Below, in pieces: positions 38,160 to 49,171 of a stretch of 64,000 nt of DNA (its first letter is position 1; every line of letters starts with the position of its first letter). The stretch covers positions 42,782,001 through 42,846,000 of the forward strand of contig CM052817.1 of NCBI GenBank assembly GCA_028534125.1, written 5' to 3'. Origin of the DNA: Lama glama. Lineage: Eukaryota. The notes beneath the pieces are model-generated. The model was not told the origin of the DNA. It ran no database searches and saw only the letters and a list, made by a program, of their open reading frames with translations. A program made the position numbers and the translations under genes.

Positions 38160-38981
38160 ATGTATGAGTAATGACAGAATGATTAGACAGAAAACACAAA
38201 GTAATTTCAACAGGGACAGTTTAATATAAGGATTATAAATATAACTAACTCTAATGGAATAAAAAATGCTAAACTCTGGGACTGAGACAGAATACTCAGT
38301 GAAGGAATAAATTTGGAAGAAGATCCTTTCTCTAACTTTGCAGTTCAGACCTTATCAGGGAAGGTATTATGGAAGCCACTGAATCCCAGAGAAGTTCACT
38401 GAGTTCTCCCAGACTGATTCCTGATTGCTAGATAATCAGGAACTATCCCTCCAGGTGTTAGGTGATCTGAAGTTGGCAGACAAGGAATTGCAGTCAGAAC
38501 TATCAAGCCAGAAATACCTTCTCGAGTGTAGGTGGGCTGAGACTGGCAGGCAGGGAACTATAGTTGGAACTAACAAGCAGGAAATGCCATTCCAAGGTGC
38601 AGGTGAACCACTGCTGTGAAACCTAACTGCTGAAGTGTTTACAAAACTCACTGGGAATATGCCCATGGGTGTGCCTGTGAAACTTGACAGGAAGCCATCC
38701 ACCAGATTCCACTGAAACTCAATGAGAATGGGTACCACTAGATGTCCCCACATGTGCCACTGGCAGCCAGGCACAAGGAGCAAGAAGCAGCATCTGGAGG
38801 CAAATTAGAATCAGAGAGGGAACCCCCTTCATCCTGCAATGTTCCTCCAGTGTCCTCTACTGACAAAATTTAATATTATGTCTGCTGCAAAAGATAAATG
38901 CTTATAGGGTCCATCTGCGTTAATGTAAAGCAGGCAATGAAGGGTAGATTTGGAGAGAAGCAAAAATTGGTAATTGCCACA
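38160..38981 (-). mobile_element. ERVL-class LTR (LTR40/LTR41-like), 3' LTR of the adjacent provirus
   Basis: Minus strand begins TGTGGCAATTACCAATTTTTGCTTCTCTCCAAATCTACCCTTC, preceded by a degenerate PPT-like agaggtggtctgatggtc, and ends ...TCATACA. Confidence 0.65.
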
Positions 38982-40800
38982 GACCATCAGACCACCTCTT
39001 TGTCTACTCAGTTTCCACATGCATCCTTCTAAAACATTTGAATTTTCCATACAATAATAACCAACTCTATATTTCCACTTAATAAGATTCAGCTATCCTA
39101 CTTACAAGCGATAGTTTTTTTCCTTCCCCAAAATGAGAAGAGGCATGATCCTAGCAGTCATTGTATCCATTGCTGGTCATGTCAGTTATTTCTCAAGTTC
39201 TGTCATAATTTCACTGAATATGCTGTTACTTAAATACTAAGTTATAAGGGATATTTATCATTATATGAAATTAAATGGGAAGAAGAAAATGGTATATAAA
39301 AACGTTACAAGCAAACAAAATACATAAAGATACTGTGGTCCTTGTTTCTGCAACTAGCCATTAGACTACAGTTAATGTCTATGGCTTCCTTCACTATCCA
39401 TTCCATAGTTGCCTTGCCCGTAGCCAGAACCTCTGCTGGTTACAGTTCTTTGCCTGCTAGAGCAATCTAAAATTTTATTCCCAAAGAGTCTGAGTCCTCA
39501 GTCATCCTGCCTCTTTGTAGTTGCTGTTGTTTTTCACTGAATTTTACTACAGAGCATGAAATTACTAAAGGGCGCCCCCAAAATTCACTGAATTTCAGGC
39601 AATACTCCTTTACCCCCATTGTGTAGCAGCCACTCAATTTCCTCTTGATAACTGGAATCAATCACCCCAACCAGAAAAGTAACATCCCTTTTTCTTTTAA
39701 TTTGTTTTTTTCCAGTGGAATAAGAATCCCAAAATGACCAGGTGGCAGTCTCACCTTCCAATTCAGTGGAATCATTATTATACCCCCAAATGAAGCATTT
39801 CCCACCCCTCACCCCTAACCCCCAACCCCTTTGGTGATTAAGATCTACAGAGAAGCATAGCTCAAAGTTTCAGGGACAGGATGCAAAACTTCTGTGAGTA
39901 GGTTATTTATGTGTTATTTTGAGAAGAGCACTGCAAATCAGTTCCTTGATTCTCAGATGCATGTATCCTGGCTATGGAGAAGACAGCCTCATATAATGGC
40001 CTCTGACTGAACCCCATCCTTTCAGAGTATTGTCTCCCAACCTACATTATAACTGACTGGTCTAGAAAGCCATCTCATCTTTCAATTAAACCAGCCACTT
40101 CTGAGTGATGGGAGGAGTGGTAAGGTCAGTTAATTCCATCAGCATGAGCCCATTGGTGTATTTCTTTTAGTTTCAAATGAGCCCTTGCTCAGACACAATC
40201 CTGTATGTAATGCCATGAAGAAGAAAGTCATTATGTTAGTCCATTGCTGGCAGAAACTTTACAGGACAGGCAGGGAGGCAAATCTATATCCAAAATATGC
40301 CTATTCCAAGAGATAAATCTCTGTCCCCTTCATGATGGAAGACATCCAGTGTAATTAATCTGCCACCGAGGGTCTAGGTGGTAACCATGAGAAATGGTAT
40401 CATATCAAGAGCTCAATATTGGTCTCTGCCATCAGCAGATCGGGTACTCAGCAGCTGTATTAATCAGGTCAGCCTTGGTATGGGGACACCATGACGCTGA
40501 GCCCATGCATAGCCTCTGTCTTTGTTCACAAGCCCGTTAAACAAGCAGTGGAGTAGCTGGGAAAGAAGCTGACTGGCAGCTATAGAACATGTCATTTTGT
40601 CCACTTGACTATTAAGATGGATGCTCTTTGGTGGATATTAACATTAGAAACAAAAATCTTCACAGTCGATGCCCATTCTAAGAAGTCCATCAGACTTCCT
40701 TGTCACCAGTCTTCCTCTCCTGTGCCTTCCAAGTCCTTGAGCATCTAGCTCAAACATTAACAATGCATGTGAATTAATGTATTGGTATTTCTGGTTATCT
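38982..40800 (-). mobile_element. Decayed ERVL internal region (integrase and dUTPase remnants)
   Basis: ORF 39585..39812 VTFLVGVIDSSYQEEIEWLLHNGGK resembles ERVL dUTPase VTVLAGVIDPDYQGEIGLLLHNGGK; 39850-40700 resembles ERVL integrase-coding sequence. Confidence 0.88.
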
Positions 40801-40849
40801 CTCACTCAAGACATAACAGACAACTGAAATAGTTAGGGTCGTGAAATGT

Positions 40850-41512
40850 TAATGATGTGTACAAATTGCATTTCTATAAAGTGAAATCCAGCTATAAGAC
40901 TCCCTAGATTCGTTTTGTGCTACCTGACTCCCAGGTCTTGCGTACTTGGTCAGTGGAATCTTGGCAGCTGCCACCATCACCTTTAACTTAATACCACTCT
41001 CTCAGTCTTCCTCAGAGTGGGGTCTGGACGTAGGTACACCTCTATGGCCCCTGTCATGGGAGAAAGCACAGCAAGTTTACCTGCTCCTGTTCAATTCAAC
41101 TAGACCACCCTAAGAGATGTATGACCTGGATTTCCCCAGCAGATGCCCGAATGGCCACGAAACACAACCCAGAAGTATAACAACATAAGTGTCCATGGCA
41201 TGAATTTTGATCAAGAGATAAAGCACCAAGTAGGAGCTGACAAATAAACCCATTCCTTTTCTCCTGCTGATCATTAGTCAAAGGCACATGGATTCCAGAC
41301 ATCATCTCAGGAGACATCCCCTCATGACTGAACAGCTGGCCATATTTTTTTGTGAATCTGTAGTCAACTAGTTAACAAATGATTTTTATTTGCTTTCCTT
41401 CCTCCTGACCTCATTTCCCTTTTTCCTTCACTCTTATTACCTGGGGTTGCAGTCCCTAATAGCACATCAGCTTTGTCTTAAACTCTGTTTTCTAGGTAAC
41501 CTGGGCTAATAC
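40850..41512 (+). mobile_element. LTR33/LTR16-class ERVL solo LTR
   Basis: 3' end ccctaatagcacatcagctttgtcttaaactctgttttctaggtaacctgggctaataca resembles ctctgttttctagggaacccgggctaagaca. Confidence 0.7.
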
Positions 41513-42078
41513 ACATCATAATATTCTAGGGGATTTTTTTAAAGGAAAATTGAAATGAGTCTTTTGTAATGTCCTCAATATAGCATTCCCATTTTCTGTT
41601 TGTTATACTGAATTTCCATAAATTAGTTTCATTTGATGTATGGTCATCCAAGCTATATTTTGGAATCTCATTCCACAATTTATTTCAAGTTTTAAGTAAC
41701 AATAATTTTTCAGTTATAGCATACCTGCCCATCAGAGGTTTAGAGAGCTATAGAAGGAAGAGGAGGAAATTCACTGAAGATCTCAGTTAAATAACATGGA
41801 CTCCGAGATTTTTATTTTTATTTTTATTTCTTACTCAGGAAACTGATTTTAATGGCCAAAATAACAAGCCCTTTACGGCATTTAACAAACAACCGCTCTT
41901 CACCAGTAATCCCAATGGCTTTATCCAGTGGTATTTATTGGACGGCTGAAGACAATACTGAAACCGTGCTTCTTTCGGCCAACAAATGGAAAACCCAGAT
42001 GCCAAGGTGAAAAAGATTTGTTCCTTGGTAGTAGCTACAGCAGCTGTCTACTTGGCATGTTCCTCAGAAAGCTTTGAA

Positions 42079-42092
42079 GTTGCCTAGGATAC
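42079..42092. promoter_or_regulatory. RFX X-box motif
   Basis: GTTGCCTAGGATAC versus consensus GTTGCCATGGCAAC, in unique sequence. Confidence 0.35.
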
Positions 42093-44606
42093 AGACTTCA
42101 TAAACTGGGATCCTGCAGAGCCTTTAAAAGATGTTTTTTAGGTGCAAACCCCATATAGACATTGGCAATACAGCTTCTATCTTACACATATATGATGAAC
42201 TGATTTGCTAATCTGTGGAAACAAGGAATATAACAAATGCTCCAAATTATGGCACCAGATAAACTTCACATGTTTTGTCATGACAAGGAAAATGAGACCT
42301 ATGAATGAAGATTAGAAGTAAACATTTGAGGATCACATTCTGGAACCAGGTTTTCTGCAATGCTTAGACCTAAGTTTGTGTTTTCACTAATCTTCAATTA
42401 TTATATAAAACTGCCCTCAGTACTTGCTGCTAGTTTAAAAAGCAAAGAGAAATCAGACTAACACAATCCTAATTACAACATATTATTAAACACTGTCAAA
42501 ATGAAGAGGATTGCCCACTTATGTGACAGGTGACAGTGTTTTAACCATTGAATTCTATACTTAAAATGGATGATCTGTGGTATATAAATTATACCTCAAT
42601 AAAGCTATTTTTAAAAAAAAAGTTAAAAAATCCCATGTTATTGTCAAGAAAAAAGCATCCTCCTCTGAAAGCCTGAAATTCCACATCTTTTCCCTAACCA
42701 CTTAAAACTGGCTGCCTCTAGAACTCTAACTGCACTTGTATATTACTGTGTGGTGAGCAGCTGGATGTAATGGCGTTCAGCTTACCGCTTACCTCACCGT
42801 CCTTCTAACTTGTCAGTGATCACTAGGACCATCATGCCGTTAACCTCCATTGCTGATCAGATGTCCCTCGGTTATCTAGTAAATTTTAGCTATAAACAAA
42901 AGGCACGTTTACCTTACCCAATTTAGGCACCTAAGTCTCATCATTTTAAATCAATGGAATGTGGTAATAACCATTCCTTTCATAAAGAATGTTGCATGTA
43001 TCCTAAGCAAAGGGAAATACTGAGGCAGGCGGATTGATGGTATTTCACCCTGGAGAAACAGACCTTTGAAAATTTGCCAGGCTTTCAGGAAGGGTCAGCC
43101 AGAGAGCCCCCAAAGGAAGCAGTTTGCCCATCTTCCTGTCAATAACACTTAGCACGCTGAGCTGTTTCATCAGACAGATGGCGGACCATGCACCATTATG
43201 ATCAATACAGTGACACCACTCGTGCAGAAGGATCCCTTGGCTGTGACGCTCTTCTCCCACCTTAGACATGATTCTGTTTGTGTGGCCCTTCACAACTTTG
43301 CTGCGTAGATTCTATGTTCCTAATGGCAGGAAGGAAATGCAGGGGAACTTCAAGAGGAAAATCAACTCTAGATACTTTCACTCAGTTTTAATAAAGAATT
43401 CTGATCTATCAAAGACCCACTGGTAATGTTACTAGCAGCAATGATACAATTAAGATTTTAATTAAATCATAAATGTTCTTCAAATGAAAAATTTTCAAAT
43501 ATATACTACCCTTCTGTTTGATGTCTAAATCCTTTAGAATTTAAAAATCTGTCTTAAAATGGGATTTAGATTACCCATAAAATGCATTTTGTAAGTGATT
43601 TCAATTGATGTTAGAGATCCTTTAAGATTTAGCTGGAGATTAATGATTTTTATCTGAAGCACATTTACATTCATAGATTAGAGTCACCAAAAGGAATATT
43701 TCTTCAATTTTGGTGACACATAAAAGCCCCCAGATAAGTGAAATAGTGGTCAGTGGAATGCAATATGGACTAATACAGAATATAAAGTATATATATGGAC
43801 TTCTTTTTAAAATGAGAAACAAAAAGCAGCTTAGTAAGAAAAGGTTAACATACCTATCATAATTTTATCAGTACTTTCTCTTTGTATTGGATAGAACAAA
43901 TATAAAATGTTAACTAAAGAAAGATGCATTCTTACAAGATTTGTATAATTACAGTAAATAGGCTGTAAAATTAATCTATAAAATTATTTAACAACAAGAA
44001 CTAAACCAAGTATTAGAAATATCCTCTTTGCATAAATGTTAGTATTTCTGGAAATAGGAAAAGTTTAAAACATTAGGAGTGTTGTAAAGGGATCAGCCTG
44101 GAGACTTCTTACTTGAGACAAGCACTTCATAACTTCAGTTCTATTCCTGAACCATGGAACTATGATCTAACTATACGATCCAATCACCATACATTTGTTT
44201 CTTGACAATCGGATAAATCATGAGTGTAGGCATATACCTAAGGTTTCCTAAACAACGCGTGGTAAAATTGTTAGCCTTGAGTTCTCTTTGCCCCAAACTG
44301 TCAGTAACTGTCCTGTCCCCACTCACAACAAAGGGGAACTCTTCAGGGTTCACATTCAAAAGAGGAAAGCAGCATTCTTTCTCAACCTAGTATAAGCTAT
44401 TCAAAAGCATTAACAATATACTGGACAGGTAAATATCTCCTGTGTGGAGTCACTACGGTAGCCATTGGACCAACTCCTTTAGATAATTGGTTTGATATGG
44501 GTATTTGCTTACATAGATTGGATCCAGAATTTTTTTCTTTTCAAGCTGAAGCTGTTTTTATTCACACTTGGGGTCCTCCATCTGTCGATAAAGCCTGTTA
44601 ACTCAC

Positions 44607-44650
44607 CACCTCACTGGCTCTGAGGTGCTAGTTTTCCATCTGGTAAAGCC
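44607..44650 (-). other. Candidate 44-nt exon
   Basis: Acceptor ttctctttAG and donor GTG/gtgagt; one open frame (GFTRWKTSTSEPVR), not recognised. Confidence 0.2.
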
Positions 44651-44801
44651 CTAAAGAGAACCCCGGAGTCAGAGAAGCGTGAATCCTGTGGGTGCTCTCA
44701 ACTCCAAGGCTTAGGTCCCCAAAGAGATGGAGTCTCTTTGAGAGCTGCAAATGCTTAGAAGCAATACAATCCGAATATGTGCATGGCTTTCCCTAGACCA
44801 G

Positions 44802-44820
44802 AAAAGACACCTAGTGGCAA
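44802..44820 (-). promoter_or_regulatory. CTCF-like motif
   Basis: Minus strand TTGCCACTAGGTGTCTTTT. Confidence 0.4.
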
Positions 44821-45899
44821 TCCAGGCAAAACACTGAGTTAAGCTGTTTTAAAAAGTCAGCCTCCGGTACCCTACTACTTTCCTTTTGTAGTTTTTTTAT
44901 TCCTTCGTGGCTACATTTCACCACTCACAAATCAACAAGGAAGCATAACGTAGATATTTACATATAGTCTCATCATGCTATGTGATAAATTAAAGGTAGT
45001 TAGGAAATTGGGATAAAAGAAAAGTAATGGCTGGAACAAAAAAATGACTGAAGGGTATTTCTCAAAAAGATGTGCCAAAGAATCCTATACTTTCACAAGA
45101 ATTGAGTCATAAACTGAACAGTAACGACCTCAGTAGTTCGCTCAAAGAGGAGTTCATGGTTAATTGTATTCATAAGATTTCTTTTAACTATTTAACTGAT
45201 TTGAGAAAATCAGACGTATTCCTGGCACTGAGATTTGAAAGATTTTTTTCTCATGGATTCTCATTAAAAGGACACTGCCTGACGTAGAGAATAAATCCTT
45301 AATGATATTCATCCAGTATCTCCAACAAATTCCTTGGGGCTATTTCTAATAATGACCTTCAGTAAATAGCAAAGCTTTGAGGTATAGTCCAACAAAAGCA
45401 AAACAATGTGACCTAAATTCAGAGCTTTTTACTGTCTGCATTAACCCAAAAATAAAAGTGTCGGTGAGTTTGAATTTACACTCCCTAGAAAGTGTCTGGA
45501 CTGTGGTTCTTTCTCTTGACCAATTAAATGTAGACCCATATGCCTTGATAATTGTCCATCCTGGGAGTAATTAGGGTTGATGTCATTTTAGGAAATGGGA
45601 ATACTAGCAGGATAGTGCTTAAATAGAAAGCCACTGAATTACTTGGGAATGGGCCATGGGGCAAGGAAATGTACTGTTACAGGATCAAAAAGTTTCTAAA
45701 ATAATTCATAATTCTAGGTCTAATCCAGATAGACTTAGATATAGATTATAGATATATTTAAAATCAAAGCTCCAGCCTTCTACAGCCAAAGATAAACCTG
45801 AAATCATGTTATCCTGGGAAGATTTTAAAGAAAGCATCACTTGACACAAACAGTAAATTTATTGGTTTTACAGTTTTATCTTTCCTGCCAAAGTTTTCC

Positions 45900-46600
45900 T
45901 GAAACAAACAACTACTTCTTGTTGCCACAAAGGTCTCACTTCTCATTATCTGTTTCTCAGCTCTGTGCTCTTCTGTGCCGGATCTACCTCTAGGTGGACT
46001 TCTCCATTTTGGTGATGAGATGCCACCAGTAACCCCAGGAATATATTCTACCAATTACGCCGCCCCAATTAAGGAGAGTGCACCTCCCTTAATAGTAATA
46101 GCAAAAGTCCTAGGCCTAAGTCTGATGGGTCCAGCTTACATCAAATGCCCATCATGAGTCCATAACAGTGACCAGATGGATAAGATGTATTTATTAGCCA
46201 GTTCTGGCTCATGTGTCTATAATTGAAACAGAAAGTGAGGGAGAAGGTTGTTTCATTTGAATGTCATACACCAAGGGTCAGCAAACTAAAGCCCACAAGT
46301 CAGCTACCTGCTTTAGTGAGTAAAGTTTGACTGGACCACAGTCATGCCTGTTTCTTCATGTATTGTCTACATCTGCGTTCATTCTACAATGGCAACGCTG
46401 AGTGGGTGTAACAGAGACCATATAAGCCTGCAGATCTGAACTATTTAGTAGCTGACCCTTTAAGAAAAAGTTTGCTGACTCCTCACATAGACCAAAAATG
46501 GAAAGGAGTGGCTCTCAAAAGAAAAACAAGAGATTCCTATTAAAAAAAAAAAAGATGAAATAAGTGTTAGAGAGACAAAAGCAATACTACATCTCCAAGA
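45900..46600 (-). mobile_element. MaLR LTR (MLT1J/K-like) interrupted by MER58A
   Basis: agcaaaagtcctaggcctaagtctgatgggtccagcttacatcaaatgcccatc...ttattagccagttctggctcatgtgtc; resumes after 46492. Confidence 0.65.
46272..46484 (+). mobile_element. MER58A hAT-Charlie MITE
   Basis: TIRs caagggtcagcaaact / agtttgctgactcctc, MER58A-like body, decayed 8-bp TSD tcatacac/acatagac. Confidence 0.92.
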
Positions 46601-46874
46601 TACACTGGTTACAGAAGACATTCCCTCAGAAGTAAATTAGTTGAACTCATCATGTAGATTTTGGAGGACTTCTTAAAGAATAGTCTTTGATTTTCAAAAA
46701 TTTTCTTCTAAAGTCACCTTAATTAGTAACAGTACAACCACTCCATATATACACGGAAAAAGCCTATTTTCAAAGGAGGCTATAGAAAAACAATTAAATC
46801 CAACTCATCCAAAGTGGTATTAAAGCACACAAGTGAAAAAAAACAAAAACAAAAACAAGAAAAGAAGCTTCTTC

Positions 46875-47115
46875 ACAGATAGTAGCTAAGACCAGGTGAT
46901 GATGGCTTAGACACACGGCAGACACCACTCTGGGTACTTTATATATTCTCATCTCATTTAATCCTCACCATCAACTCTGTGAGGTTAGCTATTATTATCA
47001 CCATTTTACAAATAAAGGTCAAAGAAGACAAGGGACCTGTCTCAGCCACAAAAGTTACAATGGCAGAACTGGCACGAGGACCCAGGCTCCCTCTCAGTGA
47101 CACATGTGACGCTGC
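46875..47115 (-). mobile_element. MIR SINE
   Basis: atctcatttaatcctcaccatcaactctgtgaggttagctattattatcaccattttacaaat. Confidence 0.88.
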
Positions 47116-47679
47116 CTTCCTTATGCAAAACAAAAGTAATTTTTGGTGATGCTAACAGAGCATGGATCAATTCGGTTCTGGTTATTCTGCTGCTGTGCTT
47201 GGTTATATCCCCACGGCAGCGGTCAAGCATTCACAGAATCTTGGGGCTGTCAGATACTGTATAAAAGTCTCTCTAACAGATGTTACCCTCAAGAACAAAT
47301 TCTCATTTCATATGATAGGCAGAAGGATTTGGGTGTTTATATGAGTCATCTGGCTCGTAATTTAGTAGTAGTTGTGGAGAGAGAACTATACTGAGAGACT
47401 GGAGAATTAGATTATTTTCCTGATTTTGCCAGGTACATGCTACACAAATGTGAAAGCCAACTATTATTTTTGACACTTTATAAGCTTCTGAACAACGGTG
47501 CAAACAGTAACATAGAAAAGAAATTTGGGGACTTATGGAAAGCATTATGGGTTTCAATTCATCACCACACTATTTTAGAAATAGAAAACAGATCTAAGAA
47601 GAGCTGTGGAAAATGGAACAGCTGCTTTGGAGCTGAAAGAAAAATTTCAAATGTATGATCACTATTTTAGTGATTAAAA

Positions 47680-48300
47680 AAAATTTTTGTTATGGTAATT
47701 TTCAAACATATACAAAAGTAGAGAATCATTTTTATATCATGTACCCTGTCCTAGCTTAAATAATTATCAAGGTATGTCCGATCTTATTTTTTTGTGTATG
47801 CTCAACAACACTCCACCCCCACTGGATTGTATATTATTCCATCCATAAATTCTTCAGAATCTCTCTGTAAAAGATAACTCTGTTTAAAAAAAGAAATCAC
47901 AATAGCGCTATCACACTCGAAAAAATTAACAATAAATTCTTACTGTTACTAAATAGCCATTTATTGTTCAACTATCCCCGACTATGTCATACATATATAT
48001 TTAATACACATATAAATGTGATTTGTCCTAGGAAATATTCCATATTCAGAATTTGTCTGAATGCATGCCCATGGTGTTATTTAACATACTCCTTTTTGCC
48101 TTTTATTTCCTGTAAACTGGTAATGGATCTAAATGCTTGATCAGGCTTAGGTTTAATTATTTTTTGGCAATAATAAATCATAAAAGTCATATGTTTCGCC
48201 TCCCTACTCTGTCTCATTAGGAGGCAGATTATCTGATTGTCTCTCTTTTCATAACGTTGAAAGATTGATTAATTGGTTTAGATGTTGTCAACATGACTCA
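47680..48300 (-). mobile_element. Old L1 (L1MC-like) 3' UTR fragment
   Basis: ttatggtaattttcaaacatatacaaaagtagaga...tatttcctgtaaactggtaatggatctaaatgcttgatcagg. Confidence 0.75.
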
Positions 48301-49171
48301 CCCACTAGAAAGTATGGGATCATTTTTATGGAGGCATGTAAACCTCTAAGAAACAAGCTGACACAGTTTCAAAAAGGTGTAAAGCATTTTTGGGAAAAGA
48401 TTGCCTTCATACTACCAGCTATGTTGGCTTACAGGCTTCCAATATGGGATTTAATTGCCAATCTTCTGAGATGAAGAGTTAAAAAAGCCCGGGTCCCCTA
48501 CTGTAAGTAGGGAGGGCAACTTCTCTGGAATACCCTTTTTAGAATTATGAAGAAATTGAAGTTCAATGCCAGGACCTTTTCCATTTCCCCCTATTACTTC
48601 ACCAAAGGGAAGTGGCTAATTTTACTTACTTATAAGACTCGTGCATGTCAGACCAGTAGGCTTCTTTTTTGAGAATAATAGGCCGTATCCAATACCTAGC
48701 CCCCTTTGTAAAAGTATACAAGGAACCAGTTAGGTTAGTGGCCTCAGCTGGGGTCTGCGTCACTCTGTTTGCTGAAAGGCGTTTCTGGAGCATTTAATAA
48801 GTACAGGCATTATGCCGGGCTCTGACTAAACAGGCACGTCCTACTCTCATGGAGTGTTTTAGAGAATACACATACTAAATCAGAAATTAAACAAAAATTA
48901 AAATGTGCAAAGAGCTGCTGAGGAAGTACAGTGTGCTATGATGATACACAATGGGAGTCTCTGCAAAGGAAGCTTTTTCTGGGAAAGAATTCCTGAAGGA
49001 AGCATAGAACAGTAGAACTGGTACTAGAAAATAATTTTTTCACCTACAAATGAGTCTCCAAGTTCTCAAACAATCACTCTATTAAGATTATTATCTCACA
49101 TGGACCTAATATTCAGGCCCAGAAGAAGTCATATTAAACATACAGTAAGAAAACCTAAAACCCTCTAAGTT

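Noticed and set aside
8001..48300. Scattered AP-1 TGA(G/C)TCA sites
   Set aside because: About eight seen, similar to chance expectation for a 7-mer in 64 kb, and not clustered.
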